22,907 nucleotides of DNA from Octopus sinensis. Lineage: Eukaryota. Below, piece after piece: positions 9,502 through 20,554 of the stretch. The number at the start of each line of letters is the position of its first letter. Position 1 is the first letter of the stretch. The notes under the pieces are model-generated. The model ran no database searches. It had not been told where the DNA came from and worked only from the letters and a program-made list of their open reading frames with translations. The stretch is taken from contig NW_021823571.1 in assembly GCF_006345805.1 (NCBI RefSeq), forward strand, positions 1 to 22,907. The letters run 5' to 3'. The translations under genes and the position numbers were made by a program.

Positions 9502-9520
9502 GATGCGCATAAGAATGTGT
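8880..9520. repeat. Degenerate (TA)n/(CA)n microsatellite field
   Basis: Visible directly. Confidence 0.9.
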
Positions 9521-9744
9521 ATATATGGGGTCTGTGCGTACCTCAGTGTGTGTATAAATCTATGTAATATATTGCATGGCGTTGTATGTGTAAATTTTTC
9601 CAGATTAAAAGAAAAGAAAACAAGTGCAGAAAATGATGGAAGACGCTACAAGCAAAGACATTTGTCTCTATTTCAGCATCTTTACATTTCTATCATCAGA
9701 TTAAAAAGTCAAAATAAATAATGAAGAACGACAAAAAGAAATGG

Positions 9745-9885
9745 GGGGAAGGAAGGAAGAAAGAAAGAGAGAAAGAAAGAAGAAAGAAAGAAAGAAAGAG
9801 AGAAGGAGAGAAAGAAAGAGAGATAGAAGGAAGCATGTAAACAAACCAACAAAAGGAAAGAAGAGTGAATGAAAGAAGAAATAGA
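9745..9885. repeat. Purine-rich (GAAA)n/(GA)n tract
   Basis: Visible directly. Confidence 0.9.
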
Positions 9886-10144
9886 AACCTAATTAGTATT
9901 AATCCGAAATTAATGATTCAGTTGGAGAATGATATCAAGAAAAATATCACGTGACAAACCGGCCATATCATATTACGAAAGAAAAGTACAACATTATTCA
10001 CCAAGTTTCTTTTTAGCGCTGTGTCTGTTTGTTTTGGATTATTTCCTACATTTTCGGTCTTCCATACATAATTTATTAGGCAACCAATGTACAATGTGCG
10101 TTCGCTGATGGTATGCTGTTGTTCTTTGCATCCATGTCTGTGTA

Positions 10145-10174
10145 TATATGGAATACATGGATATATATATAATA

Positions 10175-10233
<59 letters not shown>

Positions 10234-10604
10234 CTTAGAAATGCACACACGCTTATACACACACACACTTACAACACACACACACACACTCACATTCAAG
10301 CACAAACATACACATACACGTAGAATGTGAGCTGTACAGTTTTGCTACGATGTAAGTAAAAAAAAAAATCTCGTTCAGAAACGTATTCAGACACACGCAT
10401 ATATATTTGAAACACATAAATATATAGACACTCGCAGCTCAGTCCCATACACACACAGACACAAACAGACCACACACATACAGCCATATACATACACAAA
10501 CACATACGAAAAATATAAAATATGATATTACGTTATAAAGACCGTTCGATTTGACGTATATAATTATATGTTTCAAAGTTCTCTGCCTCATATGTGTTTG
10601 CATG

Positions 10605-10647
<43 letters not shown>

Positions 10648-11000
10648 TTGCATGTATATGTGTATATATAAATATAATATATATATATACATATATATAT
10701 ATATCAATATATATAGTATCAATATAGATAACTGTATATACATGTACATCTATATGTATATATATATGTTATATATATATATAATATGTATGTGTGGTGT
10801 GTGTGTGTGCGTGTTTTGTACATCTATATATATAAAGACATATATATATATACATATATGTATATTTATGTGTATATATTAAATATATATATATAAATTT
10901 TATATATATAAATACATACAAAATTTTTGTATATATATATATATATATACATACATATATATATTTATTATATATATTTATTATATATATATATATATAT
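10145..11000. repeat. (TA)n/(CA)n/(TG)n microsatellite field with short unique spacers
   Basis: Visible directly. Confidence 0.85.
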
Positions 11001-11194
11001 ATTTTAGTCCTCGTTAATAATTTATACAATCCACTTTTTGATCCAGTTCTATCATGGCCGCAACAAAACAGGAACATCGTCGCCATATTACAATGATGTA
11101 ACACTCAGTATTTATTTAAATATAATTTTTTTTTGTTCTACTTCGGATATTTTTCATTCTTTCAAACACGCCAAATAAACGGGTTTTCTTGTGA

Positions 11195-11720
11195 TTCAGT
11201 GTGTGTATTTTCTTTTGAATATTGTCTTTATCAGTATGTCCGTATGAGTATGTGCCTGCCTGTGTGTGTGTGTGTGTGTGGTGTGTGTGTGAGTATTCGT
11301 GTGTATGTGTATGTGTGTGTGAATATGTGCTTGTGTGTGTGTGCTTGTTTGTGTGCACTTCTTTGTGTGTGAGTGCGTGCTTGTGTGTGTGCGTGTGTCG
11401 GTGTGTGTATTTAGGTGCTTGGGTATGTGTGTTTGTCTCTGTATGTCTGCGTGAATATTGCGTGTGTGCACGCATGTGTGTGTGTACATCTGTTTAGTAC
11501 GTGCGCGTGTGTGTCCGCGTGTGCGTGTTTGTGTGTGTGTGTGTGTACATCTGTACGAGAATGTTCGCGTGTTTGTGTGTGTGTACGTGCTTGTTTATAT
11601 GTGTGCATCTGTTGTTGTACATCTGAATGAGTATGTGTGTATGTCTGTGTGTGTGTACGAGTATGTGTGTGCACGTGTGTGTGTCTCTTCCTGTTTGTGA
11701 GTTTGTGTGTGTCTGTGGTT
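11195..11720. repeat. About 520-bp degenerate (GT)n tract
   Basis: Visible directly. The poly-CV/HT ORFs are artefacts. Confidence 0.9.
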
Positions 11721-12680
11721 GTAAAAACACTGGTGTATTGTAGTTTTATCGTTTTCATCAAGATAAATTTTATATTTCCCATAAGTAACTTGAAATTATA
11801 AATGTTTTATATAATATCTACATAAATGCCATAATATTTATCAAATGAAATACACACGGTATACTCTGTGTGTCGACATAATACATCATAAACATACATA
11901 CATTACAAACATCGTATACACATCTAGTATGAACAACTCATGTGTGTGTGCGTATGACTGTCTGAGTTTTCATAGGTGCGTATGTGTGTGCGTGCGCGCG
12001 TGTTAAGAATATTTAATAGTCTATATTTTGTGGTATATATTTCATTATATATTTTCATTTATATTCTAAGATATTTATCTGTATAGTTAAATATCTGATT
12101 GTACTTTTTTTTTATGCGAAATATATTATTTCCTTTTTTCTCCCATTTTCTTTCTCTATTTCTGATACGTATTCAAGTTTACGACATAAATATAAATAAA
12201 TAAATAAGTATATATATATATATGTAAGTATATATGTATATATATATATATATATATTTATGTATATATGTACGTGTATATGTAAGTATTCACAGAGAAA
12301 GTGACAGACAGGCAGACAGAAAATACAGATATGTCAAATGCTATACAACGTAAATTGACTTCATGGTTTATTAAAATTATCACCGACCCTAGGGGATGTA
12401 TAAAAATTACCAAATGGAAAATAAAAGACTTGGAGCATTTGAAAAAAATTAAAGGAGACAATATCAAGATTGGAGAGTTTCTCCAAACTTGACTTCATCT
12501 TAATGCAATGGGAAAAGCTTAAATTGCGAAGATAAGAGGAGTGTTATAGATGTGCTTGTGACTAAGTAGACGTCGTCTGCACGAAAATTGTCCGACATTG
12601 TCTCCAGTTGGTAAGGAGTGGAACACCTTTAGGCGAACGTAACTTTGCTTAATTAAAACAAAAATGAGCTGAGAGACATT

Positions 12681-12772
12681 AAGAAGTCCTGGGGACGATC
12701 TCTTCGACTAAAGGCAGTGCTCCGGTATGGCTGCAGTGAAATGATTGAAACAAATAGAAGAATAAAAGAATG
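12681..12772 (+). mobile_element. SINE-A 3' end fragment
   Basis: AAGTCCTGGGGACGATCTCTTCGACTAAAGGCAGTGCTCCGGTATGGCTGCAGT...AATAAAAGAAT matches 3974-4067. Confidence 0.85.
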
Positions 12773-12774
12773 AA

Positions 12775-12805
<31 letters not shown>

Positions 12806-12928
12806 CAGAATGAGTGGACAAGCAAAAGAAGGGCACTCATCAAATTTATTGTCACTTACATGTAATTGATCAAAACAATTTGATTCATATTTGAGTTTCA
12901 AACGTTTGCTAGTGTTGAATTCAAAATG

Positions 12929-13020
12929 GCAGTGGGAGTGAACCCGGAACCGGAATCACGTGGTTCAGAAGCAAGTTTCTTAACACACCAGCCATTCCTA
13001 CGCCTCTTACTCCTGCGCCT
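12929..13020 (-). mobile_element. SINE-A tRNA-like head fragment
   Basis: GCAGTGGGAGTGAACCCGGAACC...AAGCAAGT...CAGCCATTCCT...CTCCTGCGCCT matches the reverse-strand head at 6750-6817. Confidence 0.8.
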
Positions 13021-13029
13021 ATACACGTC

Positions 13030-13054
13030 TAATATATGTATATATATATATATA

Positions 13055-13101
<47 letters not shown>

Positions 13102-14170
13102 GTATATGTATGTATGTATGTATGTATTATGTATGTATTATGTATATGTGATGTGTGTATGTCTGTGTGTACGTATGTATGTATTTATGTGTATCTATAT
13201 ATACACGTTTGTTTTTGTGTTTAGATAAGTATGATAGTTCTTCATTTCTGTTCTGAGATAAATCGACAGAGTTATAATTATGTATTGCAAAGAATCTCAG
13301 GCTGAGATACAGCAAAATATCGAGAATATTTACATATATATATATATATAACACAAAAAATATATATATGTACACATATACATGGATGCAACCCCACGTA
13401 AAATAGAAATTTAAAATATTAAGTGACATTTGCAGGATGACAGATGTAGAGATATATTTTAAAACGATGAATTTATCGTATTTATATGAATGCGCTTAAA
13501 CTCTCAATTTGATAAAAGATCCAGATTTGGTAGGAGTGTAGTCTTATCATTTGAAATCATACTTTTCTTCACTTGGTATTTACATATGCGCATTTGCTTT
13601 GTTATCGTTATGTTCAGATATGCTTAGGCAGGTGCACACTTATATCTATATGCTTATATGCATGTATGTTTGTAAATATATATGTGTGTATATATGTACG
13701 TGTAGTTTATAGGTATAGATATATATATATATAGATAGATAGATATATATATATTATATATATACATATATATATACTTGTGCATATACTTGTTATGATT
13801 TTATGCTTTCTAACGATTGTTACCTAACCAATGTCGAAGAAACTTACTGGTGGAAAAATATAGACAACACAACAATAGATAAATAAGGAGATTCACAAAT
13901 GCACAATCACTCGTGCATACATACATATCCAAACAAACACGCATTTATATGCGTGTATATGTTGTATATGTATTTATACAAGAATTTGTATATATATACA
14001 CATGTATGTATATTGTATATATATATATATATATATATAATATATCTATATATATATATATATACACACACATATGTATGTATAGATACATACATATATA
14101 GACATATATATGTGTGTGCTCCGCATGTGTGTGTATTAATGTGAGTAGTGTATGTATAAATACACACACA
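13030..14170. repeat. TA/TG/CA microsatellite tracts (13030-13200, 13660-13790, 13900-14170) with AT-rich spacers
   Basis: Visible directly. Confidence 0.8.
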
Positions 14171-14206
14171 CTTCGACCAAATGTTACGCATCGTTTATAT
14201 TACGTC

Positions 14207-14311
14207 ATAATAACAATAATAATAAAATAATAATAATAATAATGATATAAATAATAATAATGATATTATTATTATAATCATAATCATATCATATATATCA
14301 TATCATATTAT

Positions 14312-14355
<44 letters not shown>

Positions 14356-14391
14356 TATTATATATATAATTATTCATTATTATCATCATCA

Positions 14392-14431
<40 letters not shown>

Positions 14432-14520
14432 CATTATTATTATTATATTATTATTATTATTATTATCATTATTATATTATTATTATGATTATTATTACAT
14501 CATTATTAGTACATTACTGT
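14207..14520. repeat. (AAT)n-(ATC)n-(TAT)n compound trinucleotide array
   Basis: Visible directly. Confidence 0.95.
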
Positions 14521-14679
14521 TATTTCATTCCTTCCTCGCCATGTAAACGTAGGTGTGTATTCATAATTATTTTATTTTATTTATTCAGTTTCAGAAAGGT
14601 TTGAAGCATGACTTCGACAATTCCGGAGAGTATTGAAGTTATTCTGTGCGTGACTTTTTAACCCCCGTACACACACAAG

Positions 14680-14748
<69 letters not shown>

Positions 14749-15148
14749 TACACAGAGAGAAACATACACACACACACATGCACACACAAACATTCACATT
14801 CCTCTCTTTTACACGCACACACATATACTCACACAGAACTGAATCACTGTTTGGTTTTAGGTATGACCGATGACTTTTCACCATCCCACTTCAATCGGCG
14901 GGTCACCGCTTCCTTTTTCATTTGAACGTTGTGACGGATAAATACACAAGCATATTATTATAGTAGATTATTGTTGTAGAATATGCACGTCTCTCCCTTT
15001 GACACTTCCTCTTTCTCATTGCTATCACTTTCTCCCACTCCATCACAGTCATGGCTATAACTCTCACTACATGTCCTTAACTGAATTACTATTTTCTCAC
15101 CTCTGCCTTCACTATTCACACTTAGTGCGTGATTTTGGACATATATAT

Positions 15149-15410
15149 AGTGGTTGGATACTGTCAACATAACATAACAGTCCCGTAAGGGAATTACACC
15201 ACCGCCATTTAGCCCTAGGAAACATCGACGTTTCCTGTCGGCTTTGACACATTTTCTGTGTCGTTATATTTGCAAAGAGGAGGCAATCACCCCCTGCCAG
15301 CTGGGACTAGCACCTGAACACATATGTTTCTGAGTGTATTGTGCGTCATCAGTCCAGGGTAGTCAGTCTCGCTCGGTGAGATGACTGCAACCTCTCTGCA
15401 AATATATCCT
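15149..15410 (-). mobile_element. Hammerhead-bearing short element (family 3), longer copy, with 3' end in a (TA) tract
   Basis: Shares 15149-15307 with 3669-3824 and extends further 5' through a hammerhead motif and a long inverted repeat. Confidence 0.75.
15305..15364 (-). ncRNA. Minimal type I hammerhead ribozyme motif, degenerate (family 3)
   Basis: Minus strand reads GACTA-C-CCTGGA CTGATGA (15 nt) GAAA CATATG TG TTCAGG-TGC-TAGTC. Stem I is 6+5 bp and stem III is the palindrome ACATATGT. Stem II does not pair and the triplet is GUG, so this copy is probably inactive. Confidence 0.6.
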
Positions 15411-15654
15411 TTTTTCAGTAAAATTTATTTACTGATCACCATATATATAAATAATATTAGGGAGTAAATCCAAACTTACAGGGAAAAATTAGATTTAGGA
15501 TTAAATATAATTTTATAGTATAAATATATATATTAAAAATATTTTATATTTTATATATTTTTTATTAATTAATTTTATTTCTATGTATTGGTTTATGATT
15601 TTCACTGTTTGATTTGCCTAATAGTGGTTTTATCTAATTTAATTAATATTATAT

Positions 15655-16177
15655 TTTTATATATATATATATATAATATATATATATATAATATAATATT
15701 TATATATATATATATATACAAACAATACGCTCATTATCATATTAGGAAATGTACACCACACACATACACATACACATACATATCACATGCATACAAGCAT
15801 GCATACGTACGCCGTACATACACAAACAACCCACACACATATTAGATTCTATATATTTTTGTATTTCTCTACAGCTTTTTGTCGCTGGATGCGTTTCCGG
15901 TAAGAGCAAAAATAAATCAGGCTTAAGAGACGTTGTTTCTTTTCCTGTCACTATAGAATTAGTTGCTAGTTTCCGACGCTCACGCATGCACGTCCACACG
16001 TCCACACACACACTACTTCATATGTACATACGTAAAATGACACGCACGCTCACGTGCCTAGACACGACATTTTCGATCGAATATTGTACTTCTTGAAAGT
16101 TAAATTGTCCATGTGATATATATATGCATATATATATATATATTTATATGCAAAAAGATGGGTGGATAGATAGAATG

Positions 16178-16251
<74 letters not shown>

Positions 16252-16591
16252 TAAGATAGATAGATAGATAGATAGTATGATGTAAAATAAACACTTATCT
16301 CTATTAATATTAAGTATATATACATAAATGTATACATAAATACATAAATACATACATACATAATATATATATACATCCGTACATATATGCACATGCTCAT
16401 ATGGGCATAAGTGCATATATATATTTGTGTGTGTGTTTGTGTATGTATATGTATATATATTTATATATATATATGTACATATATGCACTTACAAAACCCG
16501 CAAACATACACATATATATTCATATACGCAAAAATAAACATGTGAATATATATATACGTATATATGTGTATATATGTATATATATATATGT

Positions 16592-16639
<48 letters not shown>

Positions 16640-17307
16640 GTATATGTATATATATGTATATATATGTGTTCATATATATATGTATGTATGTATACGCACA
16701 TATTAAGAAATATGTTTAAGTGTATATCTATATATGTATACACATACAGATATATTGATAAACAGATGTATAGAAAAATAGATAGATACGTACAGATATA
16801 TGAAATGCGTCTCCATACGTGTCTGCTGGTATCTTTAGCTGTGTCCTACTATATGTACAATATCTATGTGATACATGTTCCTTCTGTATATCTCACATCG
16901 TACGTTTTATCTACCACGGTGTGAGGTTATTTATCATTTTCACTATAACTCTGTTACATTTTTGTGTTTATTCTTCCAGCAGCTACAAATTTAAAAGAAT
17001 TGTGTTGTCTGTTTTTTTAATATATATTCATATATTTAATTTTTGTTTTCTAAATGAAGACATATATCTTATGTGTAGTCAGGTTTTATTTCGTTTGCTT
17101 TTGTATCGTATTTCTTGAAACTCACAGGCAGTCGCACACCCCTTCAGACATACACATGAGCCTGCTTGCAATCTCCTACACATACATATATCTTCATATG
17201 CATAAACACAGACACGCACGCATCACATGCACACACTCATATATATATATATATATATATAATATATATATATATATTATATATATTATATATATACATA
17301 TATATAC

Positions 17308-17340
<33 letters not shown>

Positions 17341-17420
17341 CTATATATATATGTGGTGTGTGTGTGTTGTGTGTGTGTGTGTGAATGTGTGTGTGTGTGT
17401 GGTATGTATATGTATGTGTT
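15655..17420. repeat. TA/CA/GATA/TG microsatellite fields (15655-15840, 16105-16830, 17170-17420)
   Basis: Visible directly. Confidence 0.85.
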
Positions 17421-18025
17421 ATTACTTCACGTTACATTTGTCCATTGTGTTTTGTTTGTAGTTTACTGAGCAGAAACATTATATTTATTGCCCTCAAGAA
17501 TTACATTGCAAAAGCGTTTTGAATCTTCGACCAGAAGGAGCCAACATGCAACTGCCAAATTATAAAATTTTACCTCCTAAAGGCCAAATGCTTGAAGGAA
17601 ATCGTATCATATCTTGGTGATATCGGTAACAACAAAATATTTTCAATTTAACAATAGATTACACTGCATATTTGAAAATCACCTCCATCAGCAGAACCAT
17701 CCTTAAATTTTTCACTACCTAAAAATTTCTCTTCGCGTTCAAAGTATTCTAGTACATCAGAAGACAAAACTTAAGATTACAAAGTAATTTTGTTATAATA
17801 TATATATACTCGTGAATTTCATCACACATAACATGGACCAAATTTCTTCTTAAGAAAAAATATATATTCAAATAAATTAAACATAATATCATGAATAGCG
17901 ATAGCGAAACCGGTCGATATATTAAAAAATTATATTAAAACCATGTACGTGTGCGTATTTTCCTTTTTTAATTTCTCATATATATATATATAGAGAGAGA
18001 GAGAGAGGCGCATATTTGCCATTTG

Positions 18026-18180
18026 CATATGGCTAACCCCTAAGGGTGGATGCTACAGTAGTTTGTAGCCCCAGGAAGATATCTCCTCCAGCTGGCTATA
18101 GACACACTATCTGTGCCCTATCAGTATTTGTGAAGGGAAGTCATCCTCCAGTTATAAACAGTAGCGGTAACACATCGTGA
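18026..18180. mobile_element. 155-bp insertion flanked by a 17-bp direct repeat (putative target-site duplication)
   Basis: CGCATATTTGCCATTTG occurs at 18009-18025 and 18181-18197, around a relatively GC-rich segment. Family not recognised. Confidence 0.6.
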
Positions 18181-18226
18181 CGCATATTTGCCATTTGAAT
18201 ATATCGCTCTGAGATTTATCATTGTT

Positions 18227-18266
<40 letters not shown>

Positions 18267-18322
18267 ATATATATATATATTATATATATATATATATATA
18301 TATTCATTCATGTGGGTGGATT

Positions 18323-18470
18323 CTGTGCCTGTGTTGTCCCCCACCACTGCTTGAGAACCGATGCTGGTGTCTTTACGCCTACCTGACAGTTCGCCAAATA
18401 AGACCGATATAATAGCTACATAAGCTTTAAAACAATAAGTCTCAGGATCGATGCATTTGACTAAAAATCA
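18323..18470 (+). mobile_element. SINE-A 3' half, diverged, downstream of (TA)n
   Basis: TGTTGTCCCCCACCACTGCTTGAGAACCGATGCTGGTGT...GACCGATATAATAG...AATAAGTCTCAGGATCGAT matches 3860-3995. Confidence 0.75.
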
Positions 18471-18966
18471 TTCACTGCAGTGCATGATAAAAGAGAAGAG
18501 ATTGCTAGTAAGAACAAAACACCAAAATATACACGAATAGAAACCAAAATAGTTTTCTTCGGCAGATACTAAAAGAGAGGTTGTTTCAGAGAGATAACAC
18601 GTAATAAAAGCATATGTCTACCGTTATATGTGAATATTTTGCTACGAAGGTAGGTGTATTTTATGCGCATTAGCATTTATATATATTCCAGCCAGAAAAT
18701 ACAATAAAATACAATAAAAATACAATAAAATACATGCTCGTTGCATGCATATTGAGATGTATATGAATATATATTGTCATAGACGAGCCACTGTACACAG
18801 TTCTTTGAATATATATATTATCGCGTTTTGATCAGTCTAAAAATTATATAGTAATATGTGTGTCTGTGTGTGCATACAAATGTGTGTCTTATATGAATGT
18901 ATTATGTTGTGTGTGACAGTGAGAGTACAAAAAATACAAATCAATGCCGTACCTCGAACCGTATTT

Positions 18967-19118
18967 ATGTTCTCAGTTCAAATTCTGCCGAGGACGACGT
19001 TGCTTTTCATCCTTTCGAGATCGATAAAATAAGTAGCAGTTGAGCACTGGGGTCGATGTCATCGACTTACCCACTGCCCCAAAAGTGCCGGCCTTGTGTC
19101 AAAATTTGAAAGCAATAT
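18967..19118 (+). mobile_element. SINE-B
   Basis: B-box-like CAGTTCAAATTC; CTTTTCATCCTTTCGAGATCGATAAAATAAGTA...CACTGGGGTCGATGTCATCGACT; 3' GGCCTTGTGTCAAAATTTGAAA. Confidence 0.85.
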
Positions 19119-19230
19119 AGTCTTGCATACACAATACTGTGCATTAGAAAAAGACAACGTTATTAGCTTCGGGACACATTTAATCATAGATAGGATCGAT
19201 CAGGGTTCACATCTTGATCAAGATGATCCG

Positions 19231-19340
19231 TTTTGATACCAACACGCCTGATACCAACATACCCAGTTCTATGTTAAAATTTTCCTGTTTTTAAAGTGAT
19301 CTATATCAAAATTTTATGATCCAAGCACCAGCTTAATAAT
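19231..19340 (+). mobile_element. Left end of the AT-rich MITE-like family that forms the downstream array
   Basis: TTTTGATACCA is an imperfect inverted match to the unit ends TGGTAACGAAAG. TTAAAGTGATCTA...CACCAGCTTAATAAT matches the unit starts at 19707 and 20031. Confidence 0.5.
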
Positions 19341-19359
19341 CCGTTCTCCTATAGTCACA

Positions 19360-19452
19360 AACTGCGATGGACTGGCGTACTGTCCAGCTGGGGGGAACAC
19401 ATGCGCCACAGAAACCGGGAAAGCGGACCCATGAGCCTGGCTAGGCTTGAAA
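19360..19452 (+). mobile_element. Fragment resembling a SINE central/3' domain (CTGCGATGGACTGGCGxxCTGTCCAG)
   Basis: Motif recalled from V-SINE-like central domains. Single copy here and unverified. Confidence 0.35.
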
Positions 19453-19467
19453 ACATTTCATAGATAA

Positions 19468-19612
19468 ATAATAGTCACAAAACCTGGAATTTTGTGGGAG
19501 GGGCTAGTTGTCCGAAAAAGAACGAAAGATAAAGTCAACTTCGGTGAGATTTGAACTCAGAAATTTAAGACGGAAGAAATGCAGCTCAACATTCTTCCAG
19601 CTAACCGCATTA
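19468..19612 (-). mobile_element. SINE-B, diverged and internally deleted
   Basis: GAAAGATAAAGTCAACTTCGGTGAGATTTGAACTCAGAA...GACGGAAGAAATG matches 2150-2210 and the reverse complement of 18967-19010. Confidence 0.7.
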
Positions 19613-19659
19613 TATAAGCTTTACCATTTTCAAATCATTTCACTACATTCCTGATGTGA

Positions 19660-20458
19660 AATCATCTTGTCAGTGTATTTCAGCACAAGTATGGGAACGA
19701 AAGCATTAAAGTGATCTAATGTGAAACTTTCACCAAAATTTCATATCAATTTATGTCCCAGACACTAGTTTAAAAATGGCTTGGTTACTTTACATAATTA
19801 TCCATTATTTTGAAAATTAATTGAAAAATTTACAGCATATTTCTACAAAATTAACGTATTGAAAGCGCTCAAATTATTTAAAATAAAGCCTTTCAACACT
19901 ATTTCTTGTTAATTTATATTCTAAACACCAGCTTAGTAAAAGCATAATTAGTTTACTACACTCTTTATTGTTTTAATAATTTATTGAAACAAAATATTGT
20001 ATTTCAAGAGAATTATGATAACGAAAGTGTTAAAGTGGTTTAAATTAAAATTTTCCATCAAAACTTGATGTTAATTTATGTTCTAAGTACCAGTTTAGTT
20101 ATTTCACTAAATTGTTTATTATTTTGGAAAATTTATTGAAGCGAATCATTGTATTTCAAAGAGAATTCTGGTAACGAAAACCTACTCTCAAAATTTCATG
20201 TGAAATTGTTTCAAGTGTGGCGTTAATAATGAGAAAATCATTTCACTAAATTACTCTTTACTCTTTTTACTAGTTTCAGTCAATTGACTGTGGCCATGCT
20301 GGAGCAGCGTCTTTAGTCGACCCCAGAACTTATTCTTTGTAAGCCTAGTACTTATTCTATATGTCTCGGGGCGTAAACACACCAGCATCGGTTGTCAAGC
20401 GATGTTGGGGGCACAAACACAGACACACAATATATACACATACATAATACATACATAT

Positions 20459-20554
<96 letters not shown>

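Noticed and set aside
9946-9956. ATCACGTGAC E-box/CLEAR-like site
   Set aside because: A single short motif with no promoter or TSS context cannot be supported.
12301-12492. 63-aa ORF MTDRQTEN...
   Set aside because: It begins in a GACA repeat, has no recognisable motif, and its length is within chance expectation.
14958-15170. 70-aa acidic minus-strand ORF
   Set aside because: It starts inside a repeat element, crosses a TA tract, and reflects GA-rich low complexity.
8995-17461. Dozens of YI/CV/HT-repeat ORFs
   Set aside because: Dinucleotide microsatellites lack stop codons in these frames; there is no protein signal.
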